From Myxococcales bacterium (lineage in GTDB: Bacteria; Myxococcota_A; Polyangia; Polyangiales; Polyangiaceae), in contig JAYTOU010000075.1 of assembly GCA_043747615.1 (NCBI GenBank), forward strand, positions 1-10,109: a DNA stretch of 10,109 bases, in the 5' to 3' direction. Shown here one piece after another: positions 7,069 through 10,109 of this stretch (its first letter is position 1; each line of letters begins with the position of its first letter). The position numbers and the translations under genes were made by a program. The notes below the pieces were generated by a model that was given only the letters and a program-made list of their open reading frames with translations, did not search any database and was not told where the DNA came from.

Positions 7069-7883
7069 TGGAACCGAACGACGAGTTCGAGCTGCGGCTT
7101 CTGCTCGACGCCATCTATCAGCGCTTCCAGTACGACTTCCGCCAGTACAGCCAAGCGTCCATCAGGCGACGTCTGACTCAAGCGCTACGTGCGCTCGGAT
7201 GCAAGACGTTTTCGGCCCTGCAAGAGCGCGTCTTGCACGACCCCTCGGCGTTCCCGATGTTGCTTCAGTACCTCACCGTGCAGGTGAGCGATCTTTTCCG
7301 AGACCATGCTTACTTCCGGGTCTTTCGTGAGCAGATTGTCCCCGTGCTTCGGACGTATCCTTCGCTGAAGATTTGGATCGCCGGCTGTAGTACCGGCGAG
7401 GAGGTCTATTCGTTTGCTATCCTGCTTAGCGAAGAGGGCTTGCTCGAGAAGACGATTCTCTACGCGACCGACATCAACGCCGACGCCTTACGGATCGCAG
7501 AAGCGGGCGTCTACCCGCTCGAGCGGATGAAGACATTCACCGCCAACCATCAGGCGTCCGGCGCGCGTTGCTCGCTCTCGAGCTACTACACCGCCAACTA
7601 CGGCTCCGCGGTGTTCGATCGGTCGCTCCGCAAGAACGTGGTTTTCTCGGACCATAGCTTGGCGACGGACGCGGTGTTTGCCGAGGCGCAGGTCGTGTCG
7701 TGTCGGAACGTCCTCATCTACTTCGAGCGCGCTCTCCAAGACCGCGCGGTCGCGCTCTTTCGAGACTCGCTTTGCGTCCGCGGATTTCTCGGGCTCGGCG
7801 CGAAAGAGACGCTCCGATTCTCCACGCATGAGCCAGACTTCGACGTCTTTGCCGCGGAGGAGCGATGGTATCGGCGGCACTGA
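7068..7883 (+). CDS. cheR: Protein-glutamate O-methyltransferase, CheR family
   Basis: YDFRQYS..SIRRR, VSDLFRD, WIAGCSTGEEVYS, YATDIN and CRNVLIYF motifs. ATG 7068 overlaps the kinase stop (TGATG); GTG 7065 and GTG 7050 are alternative starts. Confidence 0.96.
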   Translation: MEPNDEFELRLLLDAIYQRFQYDFRQYSQASIRRRLTQALRALGCKTFSALQERVLHDPSAFPMLLQYLTVQVSDLFRDHAYFRVFREQIVPVLRTYPSLKIWIAGCSTGEEVYSFAILLSEEGLLEKTILYATDINADALRIAEAGVYPLERMKTFTANHQASGARCSLSSYYTANYGSAVFDRSLRKNVVFSDHSLATDAVFAEAQVVSCRNVLIYFERALQDRAVALFRDSLCVRGFLGLGAKETLRFSTHEPDFDVFAAEERWYRRH

Positions 7884-8458
7884 GCGCGCGTCGCCCGATC
7901 GAAGCCGTCGTCATCGGCGGTTCGGCCGGAGCCGTATCCGCGCTTGGCGAGCTCCTTCCAGGCCTACCTTCGGGCTTTCCGCCCGTGCTGATCGTCGTGC
8001 ACGTGCCGCCGTCGAAGCCAAGTCTTCTGGCCGGAGTCTTCGCGCCACGGTGTGCGATGCGGGTCCGCGAGGCCGAGGCGTTCGAGTCGATCGAGCGGGG
8101 CTCGGTGTACTTCGCGCCGGCCGACTATCACTTGCTCGTCGAGCCCGATCGACGATGCTCCCTCTCCATAGAGCCGCCCGTGCATTTCTCGCGTCCCGCA
8201 ATCGACGTTCTCTTTGAATCGGCGGCAGACGTCTATGGCGCGGGCCTCGTGGGGATCGTGCTCACGGGCGCCAGCGCTGACGGCGCACAAGGCTTGCGCG
8301 CCATCCATGCGGCGGGTGGCCTCACGATGGTTCAAGACCCTGCCACTGCTCGCGCAAGCATCATGCCGAGGGCCGCGATGTCTATTGTTCCGGCCGCACG
8401 CGTGATACCTCTTTCGGCCCTGCTCGCCGAATTGCGTTCGCTTGTGCAGGCATCATGA
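7865..8458 (+). CDS. cheB: Protein-glutamate methylesterase, CheB family (catalytic domain only, no receiver)
   Basis: Catalytic Ser-His-Asp motifs IGGSAG, IVVHVP and LTGASADGAQG, plus APADYHLLV, SRPAIDVLFES and VQDP...MP. Overlaps the 3' end of cheR; exact start uncertain. Confidence 0.95.
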   Translation: MVSAALSARRPIEAVVIGGSAGAVSALGELLPGLPSGFPPVLIVVHVPPSKPSLLAGVFAPRCAMRVREAEAFESIERGSVYFAPADYHLLVEPDRRCSLSIEPPVHFSRPAIDVLFESAADVYGAGLVGIVLTGASADGAQGLRAIHAAGGLTMVQDPATARASIMPRAAMSIVPAARVIPLSALLAELRSLVQAS

Positions 8459-9582
8459 CTGCTCTCCCCGCCGTGAAGGTCCTGCTCGTTGACGACCGCG
8501 AGGAGAATCTCCTCGCCTTGGAGGCGCTTCTTCGTCGCGACGGACTCGAATTGTTGAGAGCCAGGTCCGGGCGTGAGGCGCTCGAGCTTCTCCTAGCGCA
8601 CGACGTCGCACTCGCCCTGCTCGACGTGCAGATGCCCGACATGGACGGGTTCGAGCTGGCCGAATTGATGCGAGGCATTGAGCGCACGCGTCGCGTACCG
8701 ATCGTCTTCCTGACGGCCGGAACGCACGACGCGCAGCGCGCGTTTCGCGGCTACGAAGTCGGGGCCGTTGATTTTCTGTTCAAGCCCATCGATCCGGTGC
8801 TTCTCGGCCACAAGGTGACGACCTTCGTCGAGCTTCATCGCCAAAGGCTCCAGCGAGAGCGGCTCGCGGACGAGCTTCGCGAGATGCTGCGTCTCAACGA
8901 GATATTCGTGGCCGCGGTGAGCCACGATCTCCGTTCGCCGCTTTCGACCGTGGTCGTTGGCGCGGCGATGCTCGACCGCGATCTCACCGACCCCGACGCG
9001 AAGCGCACGCTGGCACGCATGCGCTCGAGCGCGGCACGCATGGTCGGTATGCTCGATCAGCTCTTTGATCTGGCGCGCGCGCGCCTCGGCGGAGGGATCC
9101 CCATCAACCCGCAAGATACTAACTTTCGGACTCTTGCCGACAAGGTGCTCGAGGAGCTGCGCCTTACCTATCCCGAACGATCGTTGACCGTCGAGTACGA
9201 CGACGGCTCGACAACGGGCAAATGGGACGAGGGCCTGCTAGGGCAAGTTCTCGCGAACCTCGTCGGTAACGCGCTTCGCCACGGCACGCGCGAAGAAGAC
9301 GTACGCATAACCGTGCGCGGCGCCTCGCCGGCGCTCGTCGTCAAAGTGCATAATGGCGGCGAAATTCCCGTCGATCTCCAACCGCACATCTTCGACCCAT
9401 TCCGCAGCGGGGGCTCGCAGCGGACGCGTGACGGCCTTGGCCTGGGTCTCTACATCGTCCAGCAAATCGTTCGCGCGCACGGTGGGACCATCGAGCTGAG
9501 CTCATCGCGTGAGACGGGCACCACCTTTCACTTCGAGCTGCCTCGGGTCGGGGGAGCCGACTACCGCACGCAGCGGACGTAG
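8455..9582 (+). CDS. Cytoplasmic hybrid response regulator/histidine kinase (REC-HisKA-HATPase_c), 375 aa
   Basis: REC motifs LLVDD, LLDVQMP, FLTA, FKP. H-box SHDLRSPL, N-box NLVGNALRH, variant G1 HNGGEI, FDPF and GLGLGL. ATGA overlap with the cheB stop. Confidence 0.96.
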   Translation: MTALPAVKVLLVDDREENLLALEALLRRDGLELLRARSGREALELLLAHDVALALLDVQMPDMDGFELAELMRGIERTRRVPIVFLTAGTHDAQRAFRGYEVGAVDFLFKPIDPVLLGHKVTTFVELHRQRLQRERLADELREMLRLNEIFVAAVSHDLRSPLSTVVVGAAMLDRDLTDPDAKRTLARMRSSAARMVGMLDQLFDLARARLGGGIPINPQDTNFRTLADKVLEELRLTYPERSLTVEYDDGSTTGKWDEGLLGQVLANLVGNALRHGTREEDVRITVRGASPALVVKVHNGGEIPVDLQPHIFDPFRSGGSQRTRDGLGLGLYIVQQIVRAHGGTIELSSSRETGTTFHFELPRVGGADYRTQRT

Positions 9583-9602
9583 TGCTTTTCGTCCATGCTG
9601 CG
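9569..9602. other. Stem-loop spanning the operon's last stop codon
   Basis: cgcagcggacg (9569-9579) pairs with cgtcc-at-gctgcg (9590-9602): 11 bp with a 2-nt bulge. No downstream U-tract. Confidence 0.5.
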
Positions 9603-9905
9603 CTGTCGTGGTGAAATTCTCGTTCGCGAAGTCGGCAGAGCGCCAAGAATAACTTTCGCGTCCAAGGATACGGACTCAAGCCTTACCGCAGGTACCGTCA
9701 GCGCTACAGCACCGTGCAGGTGATCGCGCCGAGGTCGTTTCAAGACCGGACGCTGTGGCCCGAATTCCTTGCGCTGTCAGAGGAGCTGGAGAAGCACCTG
9801 TCGGAGATCACGGAGCGTGTTGTTCGCGAGGCGATCCACGGCGACATGAGCGAAGCCGCGGAGGGCGAAGCTCCAAAAGCATTGCCCGAACCCAGCGGGG
9901 TGTGA
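9602..9905 (+). pseudogene. 5'-truncated conserved hypothetical protein gene disrupted by a micro-inversion
   Basis: Plus strand reads AVVVKFSFA (9602-9628) and YGLKPYRRYRQRYSTVQVIAPRSFQDRTLWPEFLALSEELEKHLSEITERVVREAIHGD..* (9669-9905). The linking peptide PWTRKLFLALCR is encoded on the minus strand of 9632-9667. Joined, they fit a recalled uncharacterised family pattern FS..DPW.R.LF.ALCRRYGL.PYR..RQR..TV...P..F....LWPEF. Confidence 0.75.
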
Positions 9906-9934
9906 CGCGTTGGTGATCGCGCGATCCGGGGACG

Positions 9935-10109
9935 TCAGACTCCAAGAGCGTGCGTGTCGGCGGTTGCGGGGAGCGCTGAGCGATCACCCACGAAGAGCTC
10001 GGGATGCGTGGAGAGCATTCGATCGGGGAGGAGATCGCGCAGCTTGCTCTGTGGCCAACCGTGGACGATGAGCTTGGCAACGAGATGCAGATAGGCGCGC
10101 GGGTTGACG
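9935..10109 (-). CDS. tnpC: IS66-family transposase TnpC, 3' end (runs off the window)
   Basis: Minus frame from 10108 reads VNPRAYLHLVAKLIVHGWPQSKLRDLLPDRMLSTHPELFVGDRSALPATADTHALGV* (TGA 9937-9935). This fits the IS66 C-terminal domain pattern (G)VNP.AYL..V......WP...L.DLLP. It is absent from the ORF track because the start lies outside the window. Confidence 0.8.
   Translation of the reverse strand, partial: VNPRAYLHLVAKLIVHGWPQSKLRDLLPDRMLSTHPELFVGDRSALPATADTHALGV

Noticed and set aside
7068..8458. Canonical chemotaxis operon
   Set aside because: No cheA, cheW, cheY or MCP is present, and CheB lacks its receiver domain.
9341..9679. 112-aa minus-strand ORF as a real gene
   Set aside because: Only PWTRKLFLALCR is meaningful and it is explained by the micro-inversion; the rest is mostly antisense to the kinase.
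9714..9905. 63-aa ORF as a standalone small protein
   Set aside because: It is the C-terminal part of the disrupted gene; the coding frame extends upstream to 9669.
9808..10080. 90-aa minus-strand ORF
   Set aside because: Wrong frame; the adjacent frame carries the IS66 TnpC C-terminal motif.

Overview
GC-rich bacterial accessory region, probably myxobacterial (inferred from the lipoprotein style and signalling content). Left to right: (1) a decayed IS1182-family element on the minus strand, with a nonsense codon, a frameshift and a 3' truncation; (2) an intact lipoprotein gene with a D/A-rich tandem-repeat linker and a DUF1565-like/beta-helix domain; (3) a frameshifted C-terminal remnant of an ASCH-like gene; (4) an intact operon of four overlapping genes: CHASE3-GAF-HisKA-HATPase-3xREC hybrid kinase, cheR, receiver-less cheB and REC-HisKA-HATPase kinase, with no chemoreceptor, cheA or cheW in the window; (5) a truncated hypothetical gene carrying a ~36-bp internal micro-inversion; (6) the 3' end of an IS66 transposase. 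The most notable observations are a diverged ~110-bp repeat (4-116 and 3094-3205) lying at or near two gene-truncation points, the micro-inversion at 9631-9666, and candidate methyl-accepting E/Q motifs in the kinase coiled coil. All family assignments come from motif recognition by eye, not from database searches.
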